The notes beneath the pieces were generated by a model, which saw nothing but the letters and a program-made list of their open reading frames with translations, did no database searches and was not told where the DNA came from. Made by a program: the position numbers and the translations under genes. From Octopus sinensis (taxonomy: Eukaryota): a stretch of 64,000 bases of DNA. Numbering within the stretch: position 1 is the first letter of the stretch; every line of letters starts with the position of its first letter. Positions 1 through 13,160 of the stretch are shown one piece after another. The DNA lies in NCBI RefSeq assembly GCF_006345805.1, contig NC_043013.1, positions 38,502,001 through 38,566,000 of the forward strand, given 5' to 3'.

Positions 1-219
1 AAGGAGAGAGAGAGAGAGATAGACAGAGTTTAAAAATGCAAAACTAGATAAGTTGAAAGAACAACAAATAGGCTGCATCAGTTTAACACTTACGAAGATA
101 GGGAGAAGTGTTTACCGTTTCGAGCCTACTGTCTTCTACGAGAAGGACAGATGATCACAGGTAAAAAGGTAGACAGAAGAAACCTGTCCAAATCAAGCAG
201 TCAAAACCTATAGCACAGA

Positions 220-266
<47 letters not shown>

Positions 267-621
267 TAGAGAGAGAGAGACAGGGAGAGAATAGAGGAGA
301 CTGATAGAGAGAGAAAGAGAGAGAGAGAGTAATGGAACAGAGTCTTAATGAGAGATTTAGAGGTTATATAGATTTATCAATGTGTTTCGTTTTCAAAACT
401 AATTTTATTCCTTCTAACACACACACACACAAATACACACACACACACAAACACACACATATACGCGCGCACACACACACACACACACTGCGCGCGCACA
501 CATTTATATTATTCCTTGTAATATATAAATATATATTAGTATATATATATATATATACCTTCTAAAATGTGTATATATATATATATGTATATGCATATAC
601 ATATATATATATATATATCTA

Positions 622-664
<43 letters not shown>

Positions 665-743
665 ATATATATATACATTATATACATACATGCATATATA
701 TGTATGTATGTATATATATATATATATATATATGTGTATATAC

Positions 744-831
<88 letters not shown>
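1..831. repeat. (AG)n, (CA)n and (TA)n microsatellite block
   Basis: Direct dinucleotide runs; source of the poly-IY and poly-HT ORFs in the track. Confidence 0.95.
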
Positions 832-1455
832 CAGAGCTTGGATGAAATAATGGAACACCTAAAAATTTCAAACAGATTTATTTTAATATGGGGTAAGACC
901 GCTTTTGGCAGTAATTTCAGCTTTAATTATACGAGATATGGACTCATACAACGTGTGAATTGGTTCCCAAGAAATTCTTGTTCTTTCTTCAGCGAAAACA
1001 GTCTCCAGCTTTTGTAGTGATAATGGTGAAAGATATCCACTCCTTACTTTTTATTCTAAAATGTACTATGAATGTTCAATAATATTGAGATCTGGGGACT
1101 GTGCTAGCCAGATAAGATGTTCAATTTCACTAGAATGAACCTCGTGCCATTCAGTAACAAATTTAGCTGTGTGAATTGGTTCATTATCAACCTGAAAAAT
1201 TGCGTTTCCCTCCAGAAACAGTTCCATAACCATAAGGTGAATTTGATCAGATAAAATGTTTAGTCTTGATTATTAATTCTGCCATGAAGGGAAACCATTG
1301 GGGCGGCGGATTTCCAGGATATAGCCCCACCCCATATCATCACAGATCTTACTCCATATTTAACAGGTGGAAAAAGGCAGCTTGGGTCAAATGCTTCTTT
1401 TGGCTGTCTCCACACCTATACTCAGCCGGTGGTATGAAATAAGGTAAAGGATGAC
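832..1455 (-). mobile_element. Tc1-like DNA transposon, decayed 3' part of transposase plus one TIR
   Basis: Minus strand reads roughly ..FTLF..VWRQPKEAFDPSC..VK..SVMIW..AIFQVDNEPIHTAK..W..QSPDLNIIEH.. with stops and frameshifts (Tc1 DDE motifs). End is TA|CAGAGCTTGGATGAAATAATGGAACACC. Confidence 0.8.
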
Positions 1456-1488
1456 ACGTTCGAGAAAATAACATTCTTCGAGTGCTCT

Positions 1489-1929
1489 AAGAAATACCTA
1501 TTTCTTTACTACCCACAAGGGGCTAAACACAGAGAGGACAAACAAGGACAGACAAACGGATTAAGTCGATTATATCAACCCAGTGCGTAACTGGTATTTA
1601 TTTAATCGACCCCAAAAAGATGAAAGGCAAAGTCGACCTCGGCGGAATTTGAACTCAGAACGTAGCAGCAAACGAAATACTTATTTCTATACTACTCATT
1701 TCTTTACTACCCACAAGGGGCTAAACACAGAGAGGACAAACAAGGACAGACAAACGGATTAAGTCGATTATATCGACCCCAGTGCGTAACTGGTACCTAA
1801 TGTATCGACCCCGAAAGGATGAAAGGCAAAGTCGACCTCGGCGGAATTTGAACTCAAAACGAAACGCAGACGAAATACTGCTAAGCATTTCGCCCGGCGT
1901 GCTATCGATTCTGCCAGTTCGCCGCCTCA
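1489..1929 (-). mobile_element. SINE tandem array (one head plus two ~190-bp body units)
   Basis: Head GGCGGCGA.CTGGCAGAA at the right end. Repeated body carries B-box-like GAGTTCAAATTCC and core GGTCGACTTTGCCTTTCATCCTTTCGGGGTCGAT. Confidence 0.85.
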
Positions 1930-1954
1930 CTCTCGTGAAATATACGTCACACGT

Positions 1955-2146
1955 TTTGGCACAAGGCTAGCAATTTCGAGGGAGAGGGCTAGTCGAATAC
2001 ATCGACCCTAGTGTCCAATTGGTAAGTATTTTATCAACCTCGAAAAGATGAACGACAAAGTCGATCTCGGCGAATTTTGGATCAGAATGTAAAGACAGAC
2101 GAGAATTTCTGCGGTGTGTTGACGATTCTGCCAGCTCCCCGCCTTA
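1955..2146 (-). mobile_element. Diverged SINE copy, same core, alternative 3' tail
   Basis: Shares head and core with the adjacent array; tail resembles those at 5700-5872, 28968-29150 and 60345-60552. Confidence 0.7.
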
Positions 2147-3119
2147 CTCTCGAAAAACATTCTAAGAAATGTATACAGAACTACTTTTAGAAAACGCTGA
2201 AGACACACTTATACGTTTAATATACGGGGTTCATGTAACAGAAAATTTAGAATTAGGGACCTGCAAATATAGTTAGACATGATGTACCTCACGTAAACGA
2301 AATCGTATGTTGCTGCACATGTCATTCTCTCCCGATCGCCAGGTTTGTTTCCTTCATCCTATATTTTTTTAATTTGTTGTTGTTAATTTATTCCAAAGAG
2401 TTACTTTATAAATCTATTTTGACTTTAGCCGCCAACGTGGTAGCTATAGCCTACATTGTATATATTTATTGTTCTATTCACTGCACAGTTTTAAAGGCGA
2501 AAGATATAACTTAGATTTCGCACTTATTTCAAGCTATTCGAAGACTTCTGTTAAAGATTCCTTCTGTCCGAAATATAATTTTCGTTCCTTTAACGGCGTA
2601 TATAGTCATCAATTAAAAGGTATTAACTATATAATTTTAAAATATACGTTATATATATGCAGTGAAATGTGCCAGCCAAACAAAAATACAATCGATTATG
2701 GCATTTGAATAGCGCATTGTCTGTCGTAAATATATTTTGTTAACTTGGATGGCGCTGTGTATATATATTTATAAAGCTACATGGATACATCGGTGAGTGG
2801 ACAGGTCGGTAGGTTGTTAGTAGATATGTAGAAAGATGTGATTATAGATAGTTAGGTACGCAACGTGTTAGATGCTACCTTGTTATATATGAATGTGTAT
2901 TTATATATATATATATATATATATAGATACAGATTGATAGATATAGATATATATATATAACTGTATTAGCATATATGTGTTTGTATATATGAAATTATGT
3001 GTTCGTGTATTCAACGTACATGTATGCTAATTATAATGTAGATAAACAAGCAGTTAGTTAGATAGAGAACGAGGTAGATATATTACATAACATTAGATAA
3101 CGCAATGTGAAATGAAATA

Positions 3120-3130
3120 CCATAACATAG

Positions 3131-3169
<39 letters not shown>

Positions 3170-3184
3170 ATATACATATATATA

Positions 3185-3242
<58 letters not shown>

Positions 3243-3316
3243 ACATATATAATATACATACATATATATGTAGATCGATAGATAGATAGATAGATAGATA
3301 GATAAGATAGATAGAG

Positions 3317-3362
<46 letters not shown>

Positions 3363-3370
3363 GTAGGTAG
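3120..3370. repeat. (TA)n/(TG)n/(GATA)n microsatellites
   Basis: Direct repeats visible. Confidence 0.95.
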
Positions 3371-4119
3371 ATATACATACACCAAGCCCATGCATTTAAA
3401 TGAATTAGTGAGAGAATTTCTTCTTGATGGTTATGTAAATATTAAGACGATGTTTTGTGTAGGATAATGAGTGTAAATACACCAAACATTAGAAAAATAA
3501 CTGCGATGCAAACACGAAGGAAAAAGTCAGACTTTTACAACACAGCTCGCTCATTTCATGTTATCCAGTGTCGTTTAATCACTAACGAAAGATGATTCCG
3601 TTTTAAACAGTGCAATTATGGCAGAAATCAACATAGAACAAACTAAATTCTTATTCTTGGAGAAATTTCTGCCTCGGGGTAGACATAAGCTTAGAGAATT
3701 CATTTCCGCAATGGAACTCTGTTTTCGCCAATTACAAGCTGTTAGAAGACGTGTTCTTACAACTCCAAACAATCCTAATAAAAAGAAGAAAAAAATGGAA
3801 TACAAGTAAATAAAATCAAATATAATCAAATATACAAATAAATACATATACAAATTTATAACAAAATAAGTCAAGAAAGAAAGAAAATTTAGCCAAAACT
3901 AGACTTGTAAACATACAATGGAAATTAAGCTAACACAAACAATGGGAAAAAATACAAACACACACTAGGAACAAGAATGCAACCGAAAAACAATGTACAA
4001 AAAAATAAAACGAAAATTAATATAAAAAACCTAGTAACAATACCTAAGCCAAAATCTATGCAAAGAAACAACTAACAAGGTAATGTAAGCAAACACAACT
4101 AAAAACAGTAACAACAACA

Positions 4120-4142
4120 ATAACAAGGACAACAACAACAAC

Positions 4143-4203
<61 letters not shown>

Positions 4204-4302
4204 TCAATAATAATAATAATAATAATAATAAGAGTAATAGTAATAACAAGAAGAACAATGCTTCTGTCACTGCTGTTATTGTGCTGCTGCTGCTGCTGCT
4301 GG

Positions 4303-4350
<48 letters not shown>

Positions 4351-4420
4351 TACTACCACTACTAACACCACCACACCTCATGCTGCTGGTGCTTCTACTA
4401 CCATTACTAATAATGATAAT
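4120..4420. repeat. Compound trinucleotide repeat (AAC/AAT/CTG/CTA)
   Basis: Direct repeats; gives poly-L and poly-S ORFs. Confidence 0.95.
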
Positions 4421-4756
4421 AAGGGCAATTACAGAAAGACAAGATGGCGTACAATAATCAAGGTTGCTTAAAAAGATAGAGGAAGGAAGGAAGAGAGAAA
4501 GGGAAAAGGAAAGTGATAAGAAAATGAAAAAGCAAAAAAATTAAGAGACTAACAACTGATAGCAAATTCTGCACAGTTCCATGGTGCCGCTTATTGTCGA
4601 GAGTATCAATATATAATGTTTTGGGCAACAACTATATAATCTAGGCAAGGTTGTAATTGGTTGGAATCAGGACTCTTGTTACGGTGGCGAGGACAACAAG
4701 GAAAAAGACAAACTTTTGAACGTATACATATGCATCACCTCTCGTATGTATGTATG

Positions 4757-4808
<52 letters not shown>

Positions 4809-4915
4809 GCATATATATGTAGTTATATACATATATATATACACGTATATATATATATACATGCATATATATGTAGTTATATACATATATATATATATAC
4901 ACGTATTATATATGT

Positions 4916-4967
<52 letters not shown>

Positions 4968-5339
4968 GTATAATTATATATATATATATATGTATACATA
5001 TATATATACATATATATATATATATGTGCATATATGTATGTAACTTTAGATATATAGAGATATGTCTATATGTTTATGTATACATACATCTATATAAAAT
5101 ACATATATAGATACATACACACACAGAAACATATATATAAATGTGTGTGTGTGTGTGTGTGTGTATAATCTGAAAAATATAATGAAATAAAGCATAGCGT
5201 AAATTCAATACAAAATTGCAAAGAAACAGCCAGAGAACATAAAGAAAGCAAAGGTGGTATTTTTGTTTAGTAATTACGTGCAAATATCAATATTACATTG
5301 TTAGTGCCTACCTAGTGTTTACCGCTACTGTAGCTACTA

Positions 5340-5473
5340 CTGGTAAATCTGCTGCTGCTGCTGCTGCTGGTGTTGGCAAACTTTGAGCAGTCGCTACATT
5401 TGTTATTGTCGTTGATGTTGTTGTCTTCCTGCCTGTTCATAATATTGTCGTTGTATTTTTGTTGCTCTTTGCA

Positions 5474-5534
<61 letters not shown>

Positions 5535-5576
5535 AGTAGTAGTAGTAGTAGTAGTAGTAGTAGAAGCAGCAGCAGC

Positions 5577-5625
<49 letters not shown>

Positions 5626-5650
5626 TTGTTGTTGTTGTTGTTGTTATTTT
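5340..5650. repeat. Compound trinucleotide repeat (CTG/TTG/ATT/AGT)
   Basis: Direct repeats. Confidence 0.95.
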
Positions 5651-5699
5651 GTCTTTGTTATCAGTACACAATGATGATGAAGATTTTTAAATTTTGAAG

Positions 5700-5872
5700 T
5701 CTTGGCTCAGAGCCAGCAATTTCGGGGGTGGGGTGTGGGGGGCTAGTCGGTTAGATCGGTCCCAGCACTCAATCACTATTTATTTTATCGGTCCCGAAAA
5801 GTTGAACTCGACGGACGAAATGCCGTTAAGTATTTTGCCTAGAGTGGTAATGATTCTGCCAGCTAGTCACCT
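5700..5872 (-). mobile_element. Diverged, internally deleted SINE
   Basis: TTCTGCCAGCT head, GACGAAATGCC, TTTATCGGTCCCGAAA core remnants. Confidence 0.65.
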
Positions 5873-5943
<71 letters not shown>

Positions 5944-5946
<3 letters not shown>

Positions 5947-6300
5947 CTAAAACAATACCTGTTGTCATAGGTGCCCTGGGAATGATAGCAAAAGGGGCTG
6001 ATAGCTACCTAACTCAGATACCAGGAAACCCAAAAGTAGCAGAAATTCAAAAGATAGTGCTCATGGGAACTGCTCATATCCTACGCAAAATACTTTCTAT
6101 GTAATCTCAAGGTTTAAAACAAACATAATTTTCGGTTTAAAAAAAATATTTTTTTTTTTTAGACATTCATTAATACAACCCCCCCCCCAATATATGGCAC
6201 ACTAGGCATAACAACAACATGAACTTCCAACCTGTTGTCTCTTGAAGTCTCTGGGTGAGACTTGGAGCCAACTTGTACAGACATAAAGCAAAAGTCAAAC

Positions 6301-6302
<2 letters not shown>
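5944..6302 (+). mobile_element. 3' end of R4/Dong-like non-LTR retrotransposon inside (AAT)n
   Basis: Reads TKTIPVVIGALGMIAKGADSYLTQIPGNPKVAEIQKIVLMGTAHILRKILSM*, resembling the C-terminus of the restriction-like endonuclease, then a 3' UTR; (AAT)n on both sides. Confidence 0.75.
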
Positions 6303-6397
<95 letters not shown>

Positions 6398-6454
6398 CAT
6401 GGTAGTAACAACAACAGCAACAGCAATAATACTAATACTAATGATAATAATATC

Positions 6455-6489
<35 letters not shown>

Positions 6490-6515
6490 CAACAACAACA
6501 ACAATGATAATAATG

Positions 6516-6586
<71 letters not shown>

Positions 6587-6650
6587 GATTTCTTTATTAA
6601 CCACAAGGGTTAAACAAGTATCATTATGGACAGCACAGGACAAAATAAAG

Positions 6651-6691
<41 letters not shown>

Positions 6692-6789
6692 TGTGTTGTC
6701 GTGAGGATTTTGCGTGTAAACAAGACTAACAAAATTAAAAATAAACGTTAACAATGTTTAATCCTCAATATGGAGGTGATGTTCGGGTG

Positions 6790-7150
6790 CAGCTCATGGA
6801 AGAACTCCATAAAAACCATGTGTACCCTGATCTTGGGGCAGGCCTTGTTTTCCTTTCCTTTTTTCCAGCTACAGGCGAAGGCTCAGGGCACTATTCTCGC
6901 CACTTTTATCCACCTTTCAGCAAATTGGCTAGAAGACAAGACTTCTTTCTCTACCCTTATTTTCCTTTTCAAGTGAAACTTGGCCAAAGAGAAAAGTGTT
7001 TGTGTTCAGCCCTTCTATCCCATTATAGCATACAACATCTTACGCCTTGGTCACCAAGCATATAAACACATACTGTTTATTGACTCTCCTGTCGTTAAAA
7101 GACGTATGGAGATTCAGCGCAATATCTTGCCGAACCACCACATAGATGAT
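6790..7150 (-). mobile_element. Possible Tx1/L1-clade LINE 3' fragment
   Basis: Minus frame KRKIRVEKEVLSSSQFAERWIKVARIVP* resembles Tx1-like ORF2 C-termini as I recall them; decayed upstream. Confidence 0.45.
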
Positions 7151-7214
7151 TTGTTTATAGTGATAGAATGTTGTGTGTTTGTGTACACAAAAATTCATTC
7201 ACTCTATCAAATTG

Positions 7215-7385
7215 ACGTTAGATGACAGATGCACCATGTGCTACATGTTAGATGTCGAAACGATCGCAGAGCAATGTGAAATGTAGTGCTTTGCTCAAGA
7301 AAAAAAACAAACGAAACGCACGGTATGGGAATCGAACCCACGACCTCGTAATCGTGAGTGCAACACCCTAATCACTAATTCATGC
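7215..7385 (-). mobile_element. tRNA-derived SINE fragment
   Basis: Reverse B-box GGGAATCGAACCC and GTGAAAT..AGTG.TTTGCTCAAG core, shared with 52125-52470. Confidence 0.65.
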
Positions 7386-8509
7386 ACGTTCACACACACA
7401 CACACATACACACAAACCCACACGTATACACACACGCACATATATAATTGTGTGAACGATGTGTCTGTATATATGCGTGTATGTGCGATCCTGAACATTA
7501 ACATTCATATATTAACACATTTGTTAGTGTTTATAAACTGATGGTTAACTATCTCAGTAATAACTTTTGTGTAGATGAGTGTATAATCTGTATGGGCACA
7601 ATATTTTCTTTTATTTTCACCGCTTATTTTCACTTATTCATTTATTTATTGTTCTTTTTTTTTTTCATTTTTATTTCATTATTTCATCGTGTATTCAATT
7701 TGGTACGTTTGCCATCAAATCTCTCCGATTCATTCTGTTCGAATACGAAGAGTTTTCTAGATTTTCTTTGAAGACTAATTGAGAATTACAAATAACTAGT
7801 TTCAAACCGAGACTGATCAGTGACAGTAAACTTTAGAAGCGTGTTAATTGCAACTTAGGTGCGCATCCAAATGAATGAATATTTAAAATTCTACTCCTGC
7901 CAAAAACGATATGTACGTATATTGAACCAAATAATCTAAACGAACCAAAGTAAAGAAGTTAAAAAAAATATTATGAAATAAAACTGTCTATATAAATATA
8001 TAACCAAATATATAAACAATCAGCAAACGTTACAAAACAAGTTATCAATTTATCAGTTGTTCGCATAAGTCTATTATTAGTTTCAAGAATCTAACTCTCG
8101 CTATTCAACTATGATATAACTGTACGTTGATGATTTCCCTACAACGACACCATTGAAAAAAAAAAATGTAAATATTCTTTGTTATCACTAGTTAGCCTCC
8201 TTCGCGACTTCATTAAATTGGGATGTTGTTTGCACGGCTATAATTCCTTTGTTATTGGTAACACGAGATTAACTAAGGCTAGTTTTTTTTTTTATTATTA
8301 TTTCTCACGCAGAAATTGTATGTTTATTCCAGCTCGTGCGCAATATTTTACATTTTTTCAGTAAAATTGTTGTAGCCTTTGATGCTGTTAGTGATTCTTC
8401 ATTATATACGTATATGTGCATATAACTATATGTGTGCATGTGTGTTTATGAGTGTGCGTGTGTGGGTTTGTGCGCGCGCAATTGTGCCATACACACATGC
8501 ACATGCAGT

Positions 8510-8545
<36 letters not shown>

Positions 8546-8722
8546 CATTATATATATATACATTATATATATATATATTATATATATATATATATACATT
8601 ATATACATATAAATATATACACATATATGTATATATGTATATATACATAGTTATATATATATATATATTTATATAGATATATACATATTTATGTTATATA
8701 TATGTATATATATATTATATAT

Positions 8723-8755
<33 letters not shown>

Positions 8756-9296
8756 GTTGTGTGTGTGTGTGTGTGTCGTGTGTAATGTTTCCAATAGTTC
8801 CTCTTTAATTACTGGTATTCGAGTGTACGAAATGCACATTCATTTTGCCATGCAAGTATTGAGGTAGTAAATTATAGTCTACTTTTTCTTTCATATGTTT
8901 TGTTTTGCTTTTGTTTTCTTTTTACTATGTAATGCTTCAATAAAACTTATTTAGTCGTTAGCTCGCTACTAATTGCTAAAATATGAATAAGATTTTTAGC
9001 ATGCCCCCAACCCCAGCTCTAAAACGATAATACGCAAGTGAAAGATTTATTAATTTTCTGACGGTTGAACAATGTTACACTCATATTTCACTAAAAATAT
9101 TTGGAAATTGTATTTTTCTTTTGTAGGCAAAGCACAAAATTTCTTTTGCTTTTATTCCAGGACAAATGAATTAATTGGAAATTGCAATTAAAACAAATTA
9201 TAATACAGATTTCAACAATATCTGAACCCTATATACAGATATCAAGAACAATACCCGCAATCATTGAAAAATAACATTATAAATAAATTATATATA

Positions 9297-10266
9297 TTGG
9301 GTCGTCCCATAAATAATGCGTTTTTTAATATTTTCTCTTTTACTTTTCAAAATTAAATTCTTTTTTTAATCTCACATAATCTTCATTTTCTACAATGGTC
9401 CACCAACTATCTGATAGAATTGTAAGCCCCTCCCCCTTCAAAAATTCACTTGTCCGTGATGAGAAATACCTCTCCAGTACTGTTCTGATCTCGTGTGCAG
9501 AATTCATATTTTTTTCCTTCCATATCACTTTGAAGACTGCTGAATAAATGATAATCAAATGGGGCAATGTCCGGCGAATGTGGTGGATGGCGCATTGCTT
9601 CCCATTCAAACTACTCCAGCCTTTAGAATATCATCCTCGCTGTATGTGGCCGAGCATTATTCTGATGGAAGAAAACTCTTTGTCTTGAAACACCAAAGAT
9701 GGGCGTTTTTCTTCTTGCGCTGACATAAACCGCTCAAGCTGCTCGCAGTAGATTTCCTTGGTTATCATTTGGTTCGGATTTAAATGTTGTACGTAGACAA
9801 AACATTTCATATTCCACCAAACAGATAACAACATTTTGCGTAGGTGCAGCCCTTCTTTAGACTGGCGTGCCGGTGTTTCTCCTTTACTTATCCACTGTCT
9901 TCGGCGCTTGACACTTTTATAGAGAGCCACTTTCTCGTCACCAGTCACTATTCGATCCATATAATGTTCATTCGCGAGACGTGACAGCAAAGAAGAGCAC
10001 ATATTCACACTTTGCGCTTCATTAGACTCGGTAAGTCTGTGAGGAACCCATTGACTCTATTTACTGACTTTTCGGATGACACGCAGGTGGCGATGAATGG
10101 TTGAATAACCAAATCCAAGCATTTCTGCTAGTTTCTCAACAGTTACGATGGGATTTTGTCCACCAAGGATTGCAGGACGGCTTCATCGAGCTGTACAGAT
10201 CTTTCAGGACGAGGATGACCTTCTAAGCTGTAGTTTCCGGCTGAGAATTTCTGGAAACACCGTTGG
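9297..10266 (-). mobile_element. Mariner transposon, 5'-truncated decayed transposase plus right TIR
   Basis: Minus strand gives FQKFSAGNYSLEGHPRP, STIHRHL, WVPHRL, DRIVTGDEK, LLSVWW and YFSS..F motifs. End is TA|TTGGGTCGTCCCATAAATAATGCG. Confidence 0.88.
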
Positions 10267-10268
10267 CA

Positions 10269-10298
10269 TAGGGTTAGGGTTAGGTTTAGGATTAGGTT
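10269..10298 (+). repeat. Short degenerate interstitial (TTAGGG)n-like tract
   Basis: TAGGGTTAGGGTTAGGTTTAGGATTAGGTT. Confidence 0.65.
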
Positions 10299-10508
10299 AT
10301 GCTTATTATCCGATTCCCATATACTGCATTAATATTCCTCGCAATTCCCGTTTCCTTGTTGCCTTTATTGAACAGATAAAGCAAAATATGCCGAATATGC
10401 TCTTTTGTCACTTCCACTATAGCACTGGGACTGAACACGGAACCATTTGTTTGGGAAACAAGCGTGTTACAAAACAGTCATGCCTTCGCCTATATACATG
10501 TTTTCGAA

Positions 10509-11308
10509 GGCGGCGAGCTGGCAGAAACGTTAGCTCACCGGGTGAAAAGCTTAGCGGTATTTCGTCGGCAGTTACGTTCTGAGTTCAAATTACGCCGAGG
10601 TCGACTTTGCCTTTCATTCTTTCAGGTTCGATAAATTAAGTACCAATTACGCACTGGGGTCCATATAATCGACTTAATCCCTTTCTCTGTCCTTGTTTGT
10701 CCCTTCTGTGTTTAGCCCCTCGTGGGAAGTAAAGAAATAGGTATTTCGTCTGCCGCTACGTTCTGAGTTCAAATTCCGCCGAGGTCGACGTTGCCTTTCA
10801 TCCTTTCGGTGTCGATTAAATACGTACCAATTACGCACTTGGCCTATATAATCGACTTAATCCGTTTGTCTGTCCTTGTTTGTCCCCTCTGTGTTTAGCC
10901 CATAGTGGGTAGTAAAGAAATAGATATTTCGGCTGTCTTTGTGTTCTGAGTTCATATTCCGCCGAGTTCTACTTTATCTTTCATCCTTTCGGGGTCGTTA
11001 AATTAAGTACCAGTTATGCACTGGGGGCGATGTAATCGACTTAACTTCTTTGTCTCTCCTTGTTTGTCTCATATATGTTCAGCCCTTTGTGTGCAATAAA
11101 GAAATAAGAAACGTTAGCACGCCGGGCGAAATGCTTTCCGGTAATTCGTCTGCCGTTACGTTCCGAGTTCAAATCCCGCGTGGTCAACTTTGCCTTTCTT
11201 CTTCTCGGGTTTGATTAATTAAGTACTAGTTACACACTGGGGTCGATGTAATCGACTTAATCCCTTTGTTCAAGTTTGTCCCCCCTATGTTTAGCCCCTG
11301 TGGGCAAT
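10509..11308 (+). mobile_element. SINE tandem array (head plus four body units, ~184-bp period)
   Basis: Head GGCGGCGAGCTGGCAGAAACGTTAGC; units restart at about 10740, 10923 and 11108. Confidence 0.9.
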
Positions 11309-11389
11309 AATAAATATATATATGCCTTCGTGTGTGCGTGCGTTTGTGTGTTCGTATGTGTGTGTTGTGTGTGTGTGTGTGTGTGTGTG

Positions 11390-11425
<36 letters not shown>

Positions 11426-11634
11426 GTATGGTGATGATCCCGAAATGGACCTGAGGTTGAATGCTATCGAATGTCGAAACAGTAGGTGGGGCCGAAGTAC
11501 AGTAAAACAGCCGACAGGATGGTCCGGAAACGTTGCCCTCATCCTCCTGATGACCTCTGATGTCTACAGGCATACGACACGATAGTGCGCTTGCACTAGC
11601 AGGCTGTTACCAAGTCTCTCATCTCTCACTTTGG

Positions 11635-11679
<45 letters not shown>

Positions 11680-11701
11680 CATACGTATATACATAATACA
11701 T

Positions 11702-11790
<89 letters not shown>

Positions 11791-11839
11791 TATATATATA
11801 TATATATATACTTTATTTTAAGCACCAGAAAAATTCAAC

Positions 11840-11886
11840 AAAATCTGTTACTCTGATTTCTCGTTGCCGTTCATCAGACAGTTTTT
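11840..11886 (-). ncRNA. Type I hammerhead-like motif (slightly decayed) in probable Penelope 3'-end fragment
   Basis: AAAAACTGT-CTGATGA-ACGGCAACGA-GAAA-T-CAGA-GTA-ACAGATTTT: intact core boxes, stem I CTGT/ACAG, followed by AATAAA and (TA)n. Confidence 0.55.
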
Positions 11887-12784
11887 GCCAGAATGGAACA
11901 TATATATAAATTCAATCTATACTCTTACAAACGCTACACCTTTAAAAAGAAATGGACTTGTTTGATGGGCCCTTTAGAAAAACCGGTCAATCTTCGAGCG
12001 ATAAACAAAAAGGTCAAAAATTATGTATATATAATAAAAAAAACTTATAAAAATTATAAAATCCGAGGAAAAAACCGAGGAAAAAACCTATTGCCGTTAA
12101 TGAAGACAGTACAAATTAATGCATAGAAATTAAACTGTATAAATACTGCAATACATATTTATATTAAAATCCACAATATATATATCAACATACACAAAAG
12201 GATGCGCGTAACGCCATACATACATATACAGACGTATGAATATGAATCTAAATTATACACATAAAAGCATGTTACATATATCCACGCAAACCGTCTCGCA
12301 CGCAAGCTAAAATTCATCTATGTAGCAATTCTCATATACTGAGCAAGAGGGGAACGAAAGAAAGGGAAAGAGAGAAAAAGGAACGAAGGAGGGGTAGGGA
12401 AAAAACTTGTAGCGATATTATTGGCATCTATAGAGGCCAGTATACATAGGAGGGGTAGGGATATACATATATGCATAAAATACATCTATAGATATTTTAT
12501 ATATATATTTGTGTCTACCTGCGTGTGCTCCGGCGACACATGCCATTTGTTTAAACAGTTCTTATTATTTAATAATGCAGCTTCTAGCCTTTTGTTCACC
12601 GATATCTATATATCTATCAATTTAGGTATAACTGTTTGCCTCTTCTTCCGTCTACCTGTCTGTCTTTCTCTTTGTAACTACATACACAAACACACACACT
12701 GACACACACACACATACAAACACATACATACATATAGACACACAAACACACACAGACACACACACATATATATCATATATATTC

Positions 12785-13160
12785 TCTTACTCTTTTACTG
12801 GTTTTACCCTTTGACTGCCGCAATGTTGGCGCATTGCCTTTAGTCGAAAAAGAAATCGACCCCAGGGCTTATTCTTTCTATACCTAGTACTTATACTATC
12901 GGTGTTTTTGTTCGAACCGCTAGATTACGCGGACGTAAACACACCCACACCGATGATGGGGGGGTCAAACACAGACACACAAAAACACACACACATAGAT
13001 ATATATAGGACGAGATTATTTCAGTTTCTGTCTACCAAATCTACTCACAAGTTAATAGTCGGCCCTGAGCTATAGTGGAAGACACTTTCACATGCTGCCA
13101 GGCAGTGGTACAGAACCCGGAACTATGTTGGTATGCAAGCTTCTTACCGCACAGTCCTTA
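12785..13160 (-). mobile_element. tRNA-derived SINE (family with CR1-like tail)
   Basis: Homologous to 49833-50230: GTGAG..GATTTGGTAGAC.GAAACTGAAA core and decayed GGC..TGC..CA.CAT.GC.GCAGTCAAA tail. Confidence 0.8.

Noticed and set aside
10509-11308. Regularly spaced repeats suggesting a CRISPR array
   Set aside because: Units are ~184-bp SINE bodies with no unique spacers and no cas genes, in a eukaryotic context.
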